Assembly (NCBI GenBank): GCA_963696215.1
Contig: CAVOJF010000001.1
Span: 262,876-326,875 of the forward strand
From: an uncultured Actinomycetota bacterium
Lineage (GTDB): Bacteria > Actinomycetota > Actinomycetes > Streptosporangiales > Streptosporangiaceae
Reading direction: 5' to 3'
DNA: 64,000 nucleotides
A model generated the notes under the pieces. The model was not told where the DNA came from. It did no database searches and was given only the letters and a program-made list of their open reading frames with translations. Numbering within the stretch: the first letter of the stretch is position 1; the number at the start of each line of letters is the position of its first letter. Shown here piece by piece: positions 37,325 through 46,065 of this stretch. The translations under genes and the position numbers were made by a program.

Positions 37325-38563
37325 TTAGCGGGTCGCGAGCGACCGCAGGGCCGCGACGACCTCCGCGACACTCAGCGCGCATGTCGCGTCGCCAACTGTC
37401 AGTTCCACTCGCTGGACCGCGGGGTCGACGGTCGTCATCGCCTGAGGCCAGGTCCAGACGCCTTCGCTGGCGGCAAGCGAGCCGGCGGTGGCGACGAATC
37501 GCTCGGCCGTCGTGTCGATGAGCAGGTGCATCATGGACGTCTGAGGCGGGTCGGGAACGACCCGCACGCCAGCAACGTCGCGGAGCGCCGCGGCGATCAT
37601 CCTGGCCCGCTCCAGGTAGCCGCCGAAGCGCGGCAGCCTCTGGTGCAGGCAGTACAGCGCCGACGCCGCGCTCGGCCAAAGCCCGAACAGCATGCCGCCC
37701 ATTCGCTGCCGCCACTCACGCACATCGGCCATGATCCCTTCCGGCCCGGCCACGCAGCAGCCGGGAAGCGCGCCGATGCCTTTGTAAAACGAGACATAGA
37801 CGGTGTCGAACAGGGCCGCCACCTCGCCTGGCGGGCGGCCGTAGCCCGCCGCCGACTCCCAGAGCCTGGCGCCGTCCAGGTGCACCGCTGCCCCGGCGCC
37901 GCGAGCCCAGTCGCACTGCTCCTGCAGTTCAGGCCACGAGGGCTGCTGGCCGCCGATGTCGCGTTGCGGCAGTTCGATCACGAGCGCGGCGACCGACTCG
38001 GCGACCGAGGTCAGATCCGCGACCGTGAGCAGGCGGTTCGGATCCCCTGCCTTCCTCCCGGTCAGCTGATGCAGCCGCCGGTAGCCCTGCCCCTCGTGCT
38101 GTTCGAGGTGGCACATCGGATGAAAGACGACCGTTCTGCTGCCGCGCCGGTCAGCGTGCGCGCGCAGCACCGCCTGCTGCGCCATCGTGCCGCTCGGCAG
38201 GAAGACCGCCGCCGGCTTGCCGAGGAGCGCGGCGATCTCGCTCTCCAGCGCGGTCACTACGCCGCCGTCGCCGTATCTGTCCACCTCGGTGTCGGGCGGG
38301 ATCGTCGCGAGCAGGTCGGCCGCCCGCTCAGGGCCGTGCCCGTTCAGGAATCGGGTGCACCGGTCGCGCAGCGCTGATATGTCGGGCACTGTGTTGTCGG
38401 ACACTGTGTTGTGGGACGCGGTGCTGTCGGGCACTGTGCCGTCTGGCACGGTGCCGTCGGACACGGTGTTGTCCAACACAGGGCCGTCGGGCGCTCGGCT
38501 GTCGGGCGCTGGGGCGGTGCGAGGCTTGACCGGAGGCATACCTGCCATTGTCCGATCAGGCAC
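37325..38563 (-). CDS. Threonine aldolase / beta-eliminating lyase family PLP enzyme (N-terminus uncertain)
   Basis: The core LPSGTMAQQAVLRAH...HLDGARLWE...VYVSFYKGIGALPG (Lys in the SFYK context) fits fold-type I aldolases. The first 58 or so codons are pentapeptide repeats. An in-frame GTG at 38389 is an alternative start. Confidence 0.75.
   Translation of the reverse strand: MPDRTMAGMPPVKPRTAPAPDSRAPDGPVLDNTVSDGTVPDGTVPDSTASHNTVSDNTVPDISALRDRCTRFLNGHGPERAADLLATIPPDTEVDRYGDGGVVTALESEIAALLGKPAAVFLPSGTMAQQAVLRAHADRRGSRTVVFHPMCHLEQHEGQGYRRLHQLTGRKAGDPNRLLTVADLTSVAESVAALVIELPQRDIGGQQPSWPELQEQCDWARGAGAAVHLDGARLWESAAGYGRPPGEVAALFDTVYVSFYKGIGALPGCCVAGPEGIMADVREWRQRMGGMLFGLWPSAASALYCLHQRLPRFGGYLERARMIAAALRDVAGVRVVPDPPQTSMMHLLIDTTAERFVATAGSLAASEGVWTWPQAMTTVDPAVQRVELTVGDATCALSVAEVVAALRSLATR
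38381..38515. repeat. Nine tandem copies of a 15-nt unit (plus strand GTCGGrCACkGTGyy)
   Basis: The units are contiguous from 38381 to 38515. On the minus strand they would encode D(N/G/S)TV(S/P)-type pentapeptides. Confidence 0.8.
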
Positions 38564-38574
38564 CAGGCGGGTTG

Positions 38575-39069
38575 CTACTGGCCCGGCGGCTCGGGAACAT
38601 AGTGCCGGCTGTCATCGGCAGGATCCACCCAGACGCGCATGATCTGCCCGCTGGCGGGGTCGCGGAACCGCTCCGACGTCGGGACCCAGCCAGCTCCTGG
38701 CTGGTCAGCCTGAGCATGGCGACGCCGACTCCTGGGCGCCCGTGGTTCCTGGCCCCGCGGCACCTGGCCCCGCGGCCCCTGGCCGCTCAGCAACGGCAGC
38801 CCGTTCAGCGCCGCGGCCGCCTCGTCGGTGTACCTGGCCGCGAGCACGAGCCCGGCCCTGCGGTCCAGTTCCGCGTCGTCGAGATTCCCCACCGCGTAGT
38901 GCTCGCGGAGCAGCCCAAGCAGCCGCTCCCGGTCAGCGTCGCCCGCCGGGGCGTGCGGCCGGCCATGTGCGAGACCATCAGCCGGCCCGACGGGCCCGCG
39001 GCCATCAGCCGGCCCGGAAGGCCTGCGGCCATCAGCCGGCCCGGAGGGCCTCGGTGGGTCGCCGCCCAA
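38575..39069 (-). CDS. DUF1707 (SHOCT-like) domain protein (start uncertain)
   Basis: GDADRERLLGLLREHYAVGNLDDAELDRRAGLVLAARYTDEAAAALNGLP matches the DUF1707 pattern. The proposed TTG start at 39069 is chosen only because upstream sequence overlaps the ybjQ-like gene. Confidence 0.55.
   Translation of the reverse strand: MGGDPPRPSGPADGRRPSGPADGRGPVGPADGLAHGRPHAPAGDADRERLLGLLREHYAVGNLDDAELDRRAGLVLAARYTDEAAAALNGLPLLSGQGPRGQVPRGQEPRAPRSRRRHAQADQPGAGWVPTSERFRDPASGQIMRVWVDPADDSRHYVPEPPGQ
38975..39055. repeat. Three tandem copies of a 27-nt unit (CCATCAGCCGGCCCGrmGGGCCyGCGG)
   Basis: Copies lie at 38975-39001, 39002-39028 and 39029-39055. They encode P(S/V)GPADGR(R/G) nonapeptides on the minus strand. 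Confidence 0.8.
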
Positions 39070-39086
39070 GACGATCAGCCGTCCCG

Positions 39087-39437
39087 TCAGGACCCGTCGG
39101 GCCGCACGATGACGGCAGTGCCGTACGCGACGATCTCGGTCAGTTGCTGGCCCATCTCGGAGGAGTCGAACCGCACTGCGACGACGGCGTTGCCGCCCAG
39201 CAGCTTGGCGTTCTCGACCATCCGGTCGATCGCATGCCGGCGGCTGTCCTCGAGCAACTGCGTGTACTGACTGACCTCGCCCTGGCGCAGCGCGGAGAAG
39301 CTCGCCCCGAACGCTTTGGCGAAGCCCATGCTGCGGACAACCAGGCCGAAGGCGACGCCGAGATCCTTCTCGACGGTCATGCCGGGGATCTGGAAGGCGG
39401 TCGTGACGGGGTACCCGCCGGGTACAGGTTCGGTCAT
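39087..39437 (-). CDS. YbjQ (UPF0145) family protein
   Basis: 116 aa. VTTAFQIPGMTVEKDLGVAFGLVVRS...GGNAVVAVRFDSSEMGQQLTEIVAYGTAV is the typical YbjQ pattern. Confidence 0.85.
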   Translation of the reverse strand: MTEPVPGGYPVTTAFQIPGMTVEKDLGVAFGLVVRSMGFAKAFGASFSALRQGEVSQYTQLLEDSRRHAIDRMVENAKLLGGNAVVAVRFDSSEMGQQLTEIVAYGTAVIVRPDGS

Positions 39438-39508
39438 GGCATAGAACCTTAACCAAGCAAAGCGGTCCGCACGAGGCCGGACGAGCAGCCGCGTCCGGCT
39501 CGAAGCGG

Positions 39509-41758
39509 TCAGGGCGCTGGCATCGTCGCGGCGATGTGGCGGCCGGCGTAGGTTCCGGCGAGTGTCGCGATCGCGTGGGCGACGTAGTCCCGGTAGCGCA
39601 GGCGCAGCGTGGCCGTCCGCCCGTCCGGCGCGGTCACCGTGAGCCAGGCCGTGAGCCGGCCCGACCTGATGTTCCAGATCGCGTGGCCGCTGACCGCGGT
39701 TGCCCTTGTCCAGCGGTCGCCGCGGAACGTGATCACGGTCCGCTTCTCCGGTCCGGCGAAACTGAAGGTTCCGCCGCGCAGGCCCCAGCCGTGTACGCCG
39801 TCGCCGTAGTACCAGCGCCAGTCCGCGTCGCCCACGACAGCGGCGGCGACTGCCGCGAGCCGCAGCGCGGTGAGGCCTGCCTGGTTCCCGGCCGCCGGAC
39901 TGGCTGGCCTGACTTCGCCAAGCCGCACGGGGAAGTTCCCGAGCGTGCGCACCTCTGGCGTGTGCCTGGCACAGCTGGCGTTTAGCTGGCGCAGCCGGCG
40001 CGGGTCAGCCATGAACTGCCTGACGAGGCCAGCGGCGCAGCCGAAGGTGTCGTCCATGGCGTTCACGTGCGTGTCGTTGCGGATCAGGATCCAGCGCGCC
40101 GACGGTCCCATCTCCCTCGCTGTCCAGCGCCCTTCGGCGGGTGTCGTCAGCGAGTCCAGATCGCCGGAGAGCACGAGGACGGGCAGCGAGCGCGGCGCGT
40201 ACGGAGCCCGCGTGGTGATCGGCGGGTCGGGGTGCACAGGAGCTGGCCAGCTCAGGCACGCGTCGAACTCTTCCAGAGGCTCGGTGACCCATTCGTGCGC
40301 GGTGAACGGGCCGAACGCGTGCCGCCCAAGGCGCGCGACCGCCTGCCGGTACTCGACGTGACGCTGCGGGATGGACGAGGAGTAGGAGAACGGCTGCGGG
40401 TAGTCCAGGCACGTGGTCGCCTCGTAGCTCCCGGCGTTGAAGTTCCTGACCGGACCAGAGTCCTCTGACGGGAAGATCTCCTGCGCGGTCAGCCGCAGCA
40501 GCGGCACCGCGTCGTGGTCGGGCCCGAGCAGCGCGCGGATCGCCGGGTCAAGCTCGCGGTAGACACCGTTGTCGGAACCGGCGATGTTCACAAGCTCGAT
40601 CAACTCGTTGATGCCGACCCTGGTCGTGGTCATGTCGCCGTAGGGGTCCCTGATCTTGCCGGTGACCGGGTGCTTGCGCAGGTACACGGCGGCTGCGCCG
40701 ATCCTGGACCAGGACCGGCCGTGCGTGGCCTCGCGGCACGTGACGCTGCGGTCGCAGGCGCGGTTGAAGCCGCGATGCGCGGCCGGCAGCGCCAGCGGGT
40801 AGAACGGGTTGGCCTCGACCACGGGGTAAGCGGCATCCAGCGTTACGGACCTCAGCAGCCGGTGGAACCTGGCCGTGAACACCTGCCCGAAGAACGTCGC
40901 GTAGGAGTCTCCGTAGTAGTCGACCTTGCCCGTGTGCAGCTTGCGGAGGAGGAGCGCGACATCGCGCGCCGCGTTGGCGGTCGTGTACAGGTCGCTGCCG
41001 TGCACGTATCCGCGGCCGCCGCGAAGCTTGCGGGTGTGGTTCAGCTGGCGGCCGCACGCGCCGGTGTCGGCGGTATAGGAGGCGATGCTGTCCAGCAAGG
41101 TCCAGTGCTGCAGCGCCTTGCACAGGAACGGCGAGGAGGCGCCTGTCCCGCGCAGGTCGACCAGCAGCAGATTCCTGGTGCGCAGCAGCGGGAACAGCAT
41201 GGCCCGGTAGCTGAAGGCGTAGTCCGTCGTCGCGTAGCCGGGGCCGCCCTGGATCGCGACGATCGTGCGGTGCGACTTGCCGCCTGTCGCCGGGTACCAC
41301 TGGAAGCCGAGCTTGATCGTGCCTGCCGCCTTGTTGAAGTAGTCGTACGGCACGTTGATCGTCGTGCACCAGGCCAGCTTGGACGCCGAGCATGGCGGGA
41401 TGACCACCGAGCCGACCTTGATCGGATGCCGCCCGTCCCGCGCCACGGCGTTCACGGGAGCCGCCGGCGCCCTACGCTGCCCGATCGGCTTGATGCCTGC
41501 GACGCCTGGCCCGGGCAGGCCGTGGCCGGCCGCGGCGTTCACAGGAGCTGCCGGCGCCCTGCGCTGCCCGATCGGCTTGATGCCTGCGGCACCGGGCCGC
41601 CCGCTGGCCTCGGGCCGAGGACCAGCCGTCGCCGACGCCGCCGGGCTCAGCCCGGCGAGGCCCGCGACAATGGCGAGCGCAGAGGCGATCACGACTGCGA
41701 ACGAATGCGGCTTTACCGGCATAACGCCGAGGCTGGCCCTGCTCGCGCCTCGTGTCAA
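39509..41758 (-). CDS. Secreted alpha/beta hydrolase (tripeptidyl-aminopeptidase / TAP-like) with a C-terminal extension
   Basis: A signal-like N-terminus (MPVKPHSFAVVIASALAIVAGLAGLSPAASA) is followed by IQGGPGYATTDY, LLLVDLRGTGASSP and the nucleophile elbow YYGDSYATFFG, then a C-terminal region of about 200 aa. The start may be the internal ATG at 41722. Confidence 0.8.
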   Translation of the reverse strand: MTRGASRASLGVMPVKPHSFAVVIASALAIVAGLAGLSPAASATAGPRPEASGRPGAAGIKPIGQRRAPAAPVNAAAGHGLPGPGVAGIKPIGQRRAPAAPVNAVARDGRHPIKVGSVVIPPCSASKLAWCTTINVPYDYFNKAAGTIKLGFQWYPATGGKSHRTIVAIQGGPGYATTDYAFSYRAMLFPLLRTRNLLLVDLRGTGASSPFLCKALQHWTLLDSIASYTADTGACGRQLNHTRKLRGGRGYVHGSDLYTTANAARDVALLLRKLHTGKVDYYGDSYATFFGQVFTARFHRLLRSVTLDAAYPVVEANPFYPLALPAAHRGFNRACDRSVTCREATHGRSWSRIGAAAVYLRKHPVTGKIRDPYGDMTTTRVGINELIELVNIAGSDNGVYRELDPAIRALLGPDHDAVPLLRLTAQEIFPSEDSGPVRNFNAGSYEATTCLDYPQPFSYSSSIPQRHVEYRQAVARLGRHAFGPFTAHEWVTEPLEEFDACLSWPAPVHPDPPITTRAPYAPRSLPVLVLSGDLDSLTTPAEGRWTAREMGPSARWILIRNDTHVNAMDDTFGCAAGLVRQFMADPRRLRQLNASCARHTPEVRTLGNFPVRLGEVRPASPAAGNQAGLTALRLAAVAAAVVGDADWRWYYGDGVHGWGLRGGTFSFAGPEKRTVITFRGDRWTRATAVSGHAIWNIRSGRLTAWLTVTAPDGRTATLRLRYRDYVAHAIATLAGTYAGRHIAATMPAP
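41447..41592. repeat. Direct duplication with an 87-nt period inside the 5' part of the hydrolase gene
   Basis: GGCGTTCACrGGAGCyGCCGGCGCCCTrCGCTGCCCGATCGGCTTGATGCCTGCG occurs twice, starting at 41447 and 41534. It encodes two copies of AGIKPIGQRRAPAAPVNA. Confidence 0.7.
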
Positions 41759-41819
41759 CCATGATCACGGACGTTTTTTGGCGGGCTGCACCGAAAAACG
41801 TCCGTGATCATGGCGTGCG

Positions 41820-43957
41820 CTACTCGGCGATGCCCATGGCGTCGAGCACGAAGGCGTGCACCTCGGCCTCGTAGTTCGCCTGCGCGAACCGTCCTGACGG
41901 ACCGGTGTGCGCGCCGGCGCCGAGTTCGACCCTGAACAGGAGGGGCCCTGATCCCGCCGCGGCGGTGGCCCTGAGCCGCGCGACCCACTTGGCAGGCTCA
42001 TGCACCGCGACCCGCGGATCATGCACAGCGCCGGTGACCAGGAGCGCAGGCCGCCGACCGGCGGGCGGGTTGTCATAGGGCGAGTAGGAACGCATGCAGG
42101 TGTAGTCGTCGGGGTCGAGCGGATCTCCCCACTCGTCCCACTCGTTGATGGTCAGCGGGATCGACGGGTCGAGCATCGTGGTGACGCAGTCCACGAACGG
42201 CACCTCGGCGACCACGGCGCGCCAGCGATCCGGACGCATCGAGAAGACGGCGCCCTGCAGCAGCCCGCCGGCCGACAAGCCGCGCGAGACAATCCGGCTC
42301 CCGTCAACCAATGCGGTTCCGGAACCCCCCGATAGCCAGTCGGCGACGTCGATGAAGTCTGTGAACGTGGTGGGCTTGGAGCGCAGCCTGCCCTGCTGCC
42401 ACCAGTTCCTGCCGCCTTCGCCACCGCCCCTGATGTGCGCGATCGCGTAGACCACGCCTCGGTCGAGCAGCGACGGCAGGCCGAGGCTGAACGCAGGCTC
42501 TGAGCAGTACTCGTACGCCCCGTAGCCGTACAGCAGGCAGGGCCTACTGCCGTCCAGCGCCGTCCCGCTGGCGTACGCCAGGGTCACGGGGATCTGCTGT
42601 CCGTCTCTGGCTGGCGCGCTGACCTGCTCAGTCACGTACCGCGCCGGGTCGTAGCCTGGCACATCCTTGCGCTTCAGCAGCGTCCGGTCGCCGGTGGCAA
42701 GGTCGAGCCTGAACCAGGCCGGCGGCTCGATCAGTGACTCCTCCATCACGATGACCGATCCGGCGTCGTAGTCCTCTGCGTGCTTGACGCTGATCGAGCC
42801 AGCCTGGTAGGCGGGGCCGACCTCGATCACGTTCCCGCCGTCCAGGTCCGTGATGGCCAGCAGCGGCGCGCCGTCGCGCCGGAGCGTCAGCAGCAGCCGG
42901 TCGCCGATGACGTCGCAGCCGTGCAGGCGGGTGTCGCCGCGCGCCGGGGCGATGGCCGGGCATGTGACCGGCGTCCAGTTCGCGGCGCCCGGCGCGTGGG
43001 CCGAAGTTCGCTTCAGCGTGAATTCGGGCTCACCGTCGTCGGTGACGATGTACAGCCAGCCTGGTCGGAGGCGAGAAGCCGGCCCGCCGTCACCGGACCT
43101 GGCGTGATCGACCCAGTACTCGACGCCACGCCGTCGCGGCTCCATTACGACGGGCTCGGCGAGCGGATCGGCTAGCGGGATCAGCGCGATCTCGGTGGTG
43201 TCCCTGGAGGCTGAGGTGATGATCGCGAACTGGCCGCTGCGAGAGGCGCGCAAGGTCAGTTCGTACCTGGCGTCCTCCTCGCTGCGCACGAGGACGTCGC
43301 CGGAGGCCGGGGTGCCGACCTCGTGCCGCCAGAGCTGGTACGGCCGGTTCAGCTCGTCGGGCACCAGGTAGAAGACGTAGCGCGAGTCCGCGGACCAGGC
43401 GACGCCCGGATAGCTCCGTTCGATGTCATCGGGCAGGTCGGCGCCGGTGCGCAGATCCCTGATCCGCAGCCGGTAGATCTCCGCGCCGTCGGTGTCCGCC
43501 GACCAGGCGAGCAGCGAACCGTCGGGGCTTGGCTCGCGAGCACCCACGTCCACGTAACCGGTCGCCGCACCGATGATGTTCTCGTCCAAGAGGACTTGTT
43601 CGGCAGATTCTCCTGATTGTGACCTAAGAAACTGAAGATTCTCTCTTCCCTGTGGTGTCCTGGTGCGGTAGATAAAGCCTGATAGGGGCCATCCGACCGA
43701 GTCTTCGGCCTGGTCGGGTATCCGCCCGGCCGATTCAGCGGCGAGCCGGCCAGCGCGGACAGGAGCGCGGCATGCGCGTCGTAGTAACCGCGCTCCGCGG
43801 CGAGGTAGTCGCGGAGCTCAGGCCGCTCATGATCGCGCATCCAGGCGTAGTCGTCGGGCTCGCTGCTCCCGTGCAGTGCCCTGACGCTGCTGATCCGCGG
43901 CGCGACCGGCGGGGCGAGGGGCGACGGGACTTGCGGCTGGCTGCTGGTTTCCGGCAT
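41820..43957 (-). pseudogene. ptrB: Oligopeptidase B (S9A prolyl oligopeptidase family); frame break at about 43735-43755
   Basis: The N-terminus PPVAPRISSVRALHGSSEPDDYAWMRDHERPELRDYLAAERGYYDAHAALLSALAG is in ORF 43349..43957. AESAGRIPDQAEDSVGWPLSGFIYRTRTPQGRENLQFLRSQSGESAEQVLLDENIIG... continues in the frame of ORF 41820..43589, with the catalytic region GLSAGGLL. Confidence 0.85.
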
Positions 43958-44134
43958 GGCACGGACCCTATCGTGAGCCTCGCAACGTGGATATAAGGGC
44001 TATACCTAGCGGAACGACAGAAACTATATAAACTTCCCCGAGACTTCGCGCACGTCATCGCGGTCACTGTCGCGGACTGTGGCGGTATAACTACAGATAG
44101 CCTCGCATGAGCGCCCGACTAAGGAGAGACCCCC

Positions 44135-46060
44135 ATGCTCCGATCGATCACCCGGCCGCCTCTCCGGCTGGCCGCGGCCTGCCTGGCGCTCTGCGGCGGC
44201 CTCGCGGCGGCGACTCCCGCCATCGCCGCGACTGCCGCGACCGCCGCGCCGTCGGCCAGGCTCGCGGCAGCGACACAGAAGGCCGGCTCGACCACGTTCG
44301 TGGTCGGTAGCACCGACGCGGTCGACACGCTGAATCCGTTCCTCGGCTTCACCAGCCAGGACTACGAGGTCTACCAGATCCTCTACGACAACCTTTCGAA
44401 CTACGGCCAGGTCAACTACGCAGGGACGCCGAGGCTCGCGACATCCTGGACACACTCCAAGAACGGCCTGGTCTGGACCTACCACATCAGGCACGGCGTG
44501 AAGTGGTCCGACGGCGTCCCACTGACCGCCGCCGACGTCGCGTACACGATCCAGCGCAACATCGTGCCCAACTCGACCGAGTTCGCCGACAACGAGGCCT
44601 ATGTCGGCGAGATCAAGAGCGCGAAGGCGACCGGCAAGTACACGGTCGTGATGACGGTCAAGCACTACACCCCGGTGATGAACAGGCTCGAGCTGCCGAT
44701 CCTGCCCGAGCACATCTGGAAGCACATCAGCGAGAAGCAGCTTGGCTCGTTCAAGAACCTGAACCCAGTCGGCACCGGTCCGTTCACGGTCTCCAGCTTC
44801 TCGTCCAACCAGACCATCACGCTGAAGGCCAATCCGCACTACTGGGGCGGCAAGCCAGGCATCAAGACGCTCGTCTTCCAGCGGTTCGACAACCCGACCG
44901 CCATGAAGCTCGCGCTCGCCAACGGCACCATTGACTTCGCCGAGGGCCTCACGCCCGCGCTGTGGCAGTCGCTGAAGACCACGCCAGGCGTCAAGCTGAT
45001 CAACGCCGAGGCAGGGAACTTCGACGAGCTCTCCTTCAACAACGGTGCCGCGACTATCACCGGCAAGCCGATCGGCAACGGTAACCCAGCGCTCAAGGAC
45101 GTCAACGTCAGGCACGCGATCAGCTACTCGCTCAACACCTCTGAACTCGTGAAGAAGGTGCTGCTCAACACCGGGATCCCCGGCACGTCGATCATCCCGC
45201 CGATCTACGCGCAGTTCCACTACACCCCGCCGGCGTCGGCTACCTACCACTACGACCCGAAGAAGGCCGAGCGGATCCTGAACGCCGACGGTTGGAAGAT
45301 GGGCCCGAACGGGGTCATGGTGAAGAACGGCAACCAGCTCTCGCTGCGGTTGTTCGTCAGGAACCAGTCACCGACCCAGACGCAGGACGCTCCGTACATC
45401 AAGGCGTGGCTGAACGCGATCGGCATCAAGGTCACCATCACGGCGATGTCCGACAGTCAGCTCACGGCCGACATCGGCAACGGCCAGTACGACATGTTCA
45501 TGTGGGGCTGGGGTGTGGAGCCGAATCCCGACTTCCAGCTGTCGGTGTTCACGTGCGGCCAGCGTTCGTACGGCTCAGGTCCGAACTACACGCCAGGCTG
45601 GTCGGACAGCTTCTACTGCAACTCGACCTACGACAAGCTCTACCACCAGCAGCAATCACTCGACGGGGCCGCGAGGGCCAAGGTCGTCCTGCAGATGCAG
45701 AAGATGCTCTACGACGACGACCCGTACAGCGTGCTCTACTACCCGAACGACACGCAGGCGTACCGCAGCGACAAGTTCACCGGGTTCGCGCCGTCCCCGG
45801 ACAAGGCCAACGGCCTGTACCTGTACCAGGAACTCGAGGCCTGGAGCTACTACTGCATCCGCCCGGCCGGCAGCAATCCGTCGCTCACTGACCGCAACAT
45901 CGGCTGCCAGAACGAGATCGGCGCGGTAAGCGCCCCCGCGCCCAGCGGCGTCAACACCGGCCTGATCGGCGGCATCGCCGCCGCGGTCGTGGTGATCGGC
46001 GCGGCAGCGTGGCTGGTCACGCGGCGCCGGAGGGCGGAGACAGCGGACGAGCGGGAGTAG
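44135..46060 (+). CDS. ABC transporter substrate-binding protein, family 5 (peptide/nickel), with a C-terminal TM anchor
   Basis: AAGGAG lies before ATG 44135, followed by a signal peptide. The family-5 core is recognisable (VVGSTDAVDTLNPFLGFTSQDYEVYQILYDNL...). The C-terminus is GLIGGIAAAVVVIGAAAWLVTRRRRAE. Confidence 0.9.
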   Translation: MLRSITRPPLRLAAACLALCGGLAAATPAIAATAATAAPSARLAAATQKAGSTTFVVGSTDAVDTLNPFLGFTSQDYEVYQILYDNLSNYGQVNYAGTPRLATSWTHSKNGLVWTYHIRHGVKWSDGVPLTAADVAYTIQRNIVPNSTEFADNEAYVGEIKSAKATGKYTVVMTVKHYTPVMNRLELPILPEHIWKHISEKQLGSFKNLNPVGTGPFTVSSFSSNQTITLKANPHYWGGKPGIKTLVFQRFDNPTAMKLALANGTIDFAEGLTPALWQSLKTTPGVKLINAEAGNFDELSFNNGAATITGKPIGNGNPALKDVNVRHAISYSLNTSELVKKVLLNTGIPGTSIIPPIYAQFHYTPPASATYHYDPKKAERILNADGWKMGPNGVMVKNGNQLSLRLFVRNQSPTQTQDAPYIKAWLNAIGIKVTITAMSDSQLTADIGNGQYDMFMWGWGVEPNPDFQLSVFTCGQRSYGSGPNYTPGWSDSFYCNSTYDKLYHQQQSLDGAARAKVVLQMQKMLYDDDPYSVLYYPNDTQAYRSDKFTGFAPSPDKANGLYLYQELEAWSYYCIRPAGSNPSLTDRNIGCQNEIGAVSAPAPSGVNTGLIGGIAAAVVVIGAAAWLVTRRRRAETADERE

Positions 46061-46065
46061 CCGCC

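Noticed and set aside
44024-45250. A 408-aa minus-strand ORF opposite the substrate-binding protein gene. Similar long antisense ORFs occur at 45850..46854, 46985..47881, 47145..48041, 48940..50136, 40514..41764, 33945..35081, 31069..31953, 24425..25708, 23176..24216 and 19832..21094.
   Set aside because: Their translations are Arg/Gly/Pro/Asp-rich with no recognisable motifs. Each lies antisense to a gene with clear family signatures. Long shadow ORFs of this kind are expected in high-GC DNA because stop codons are rare.
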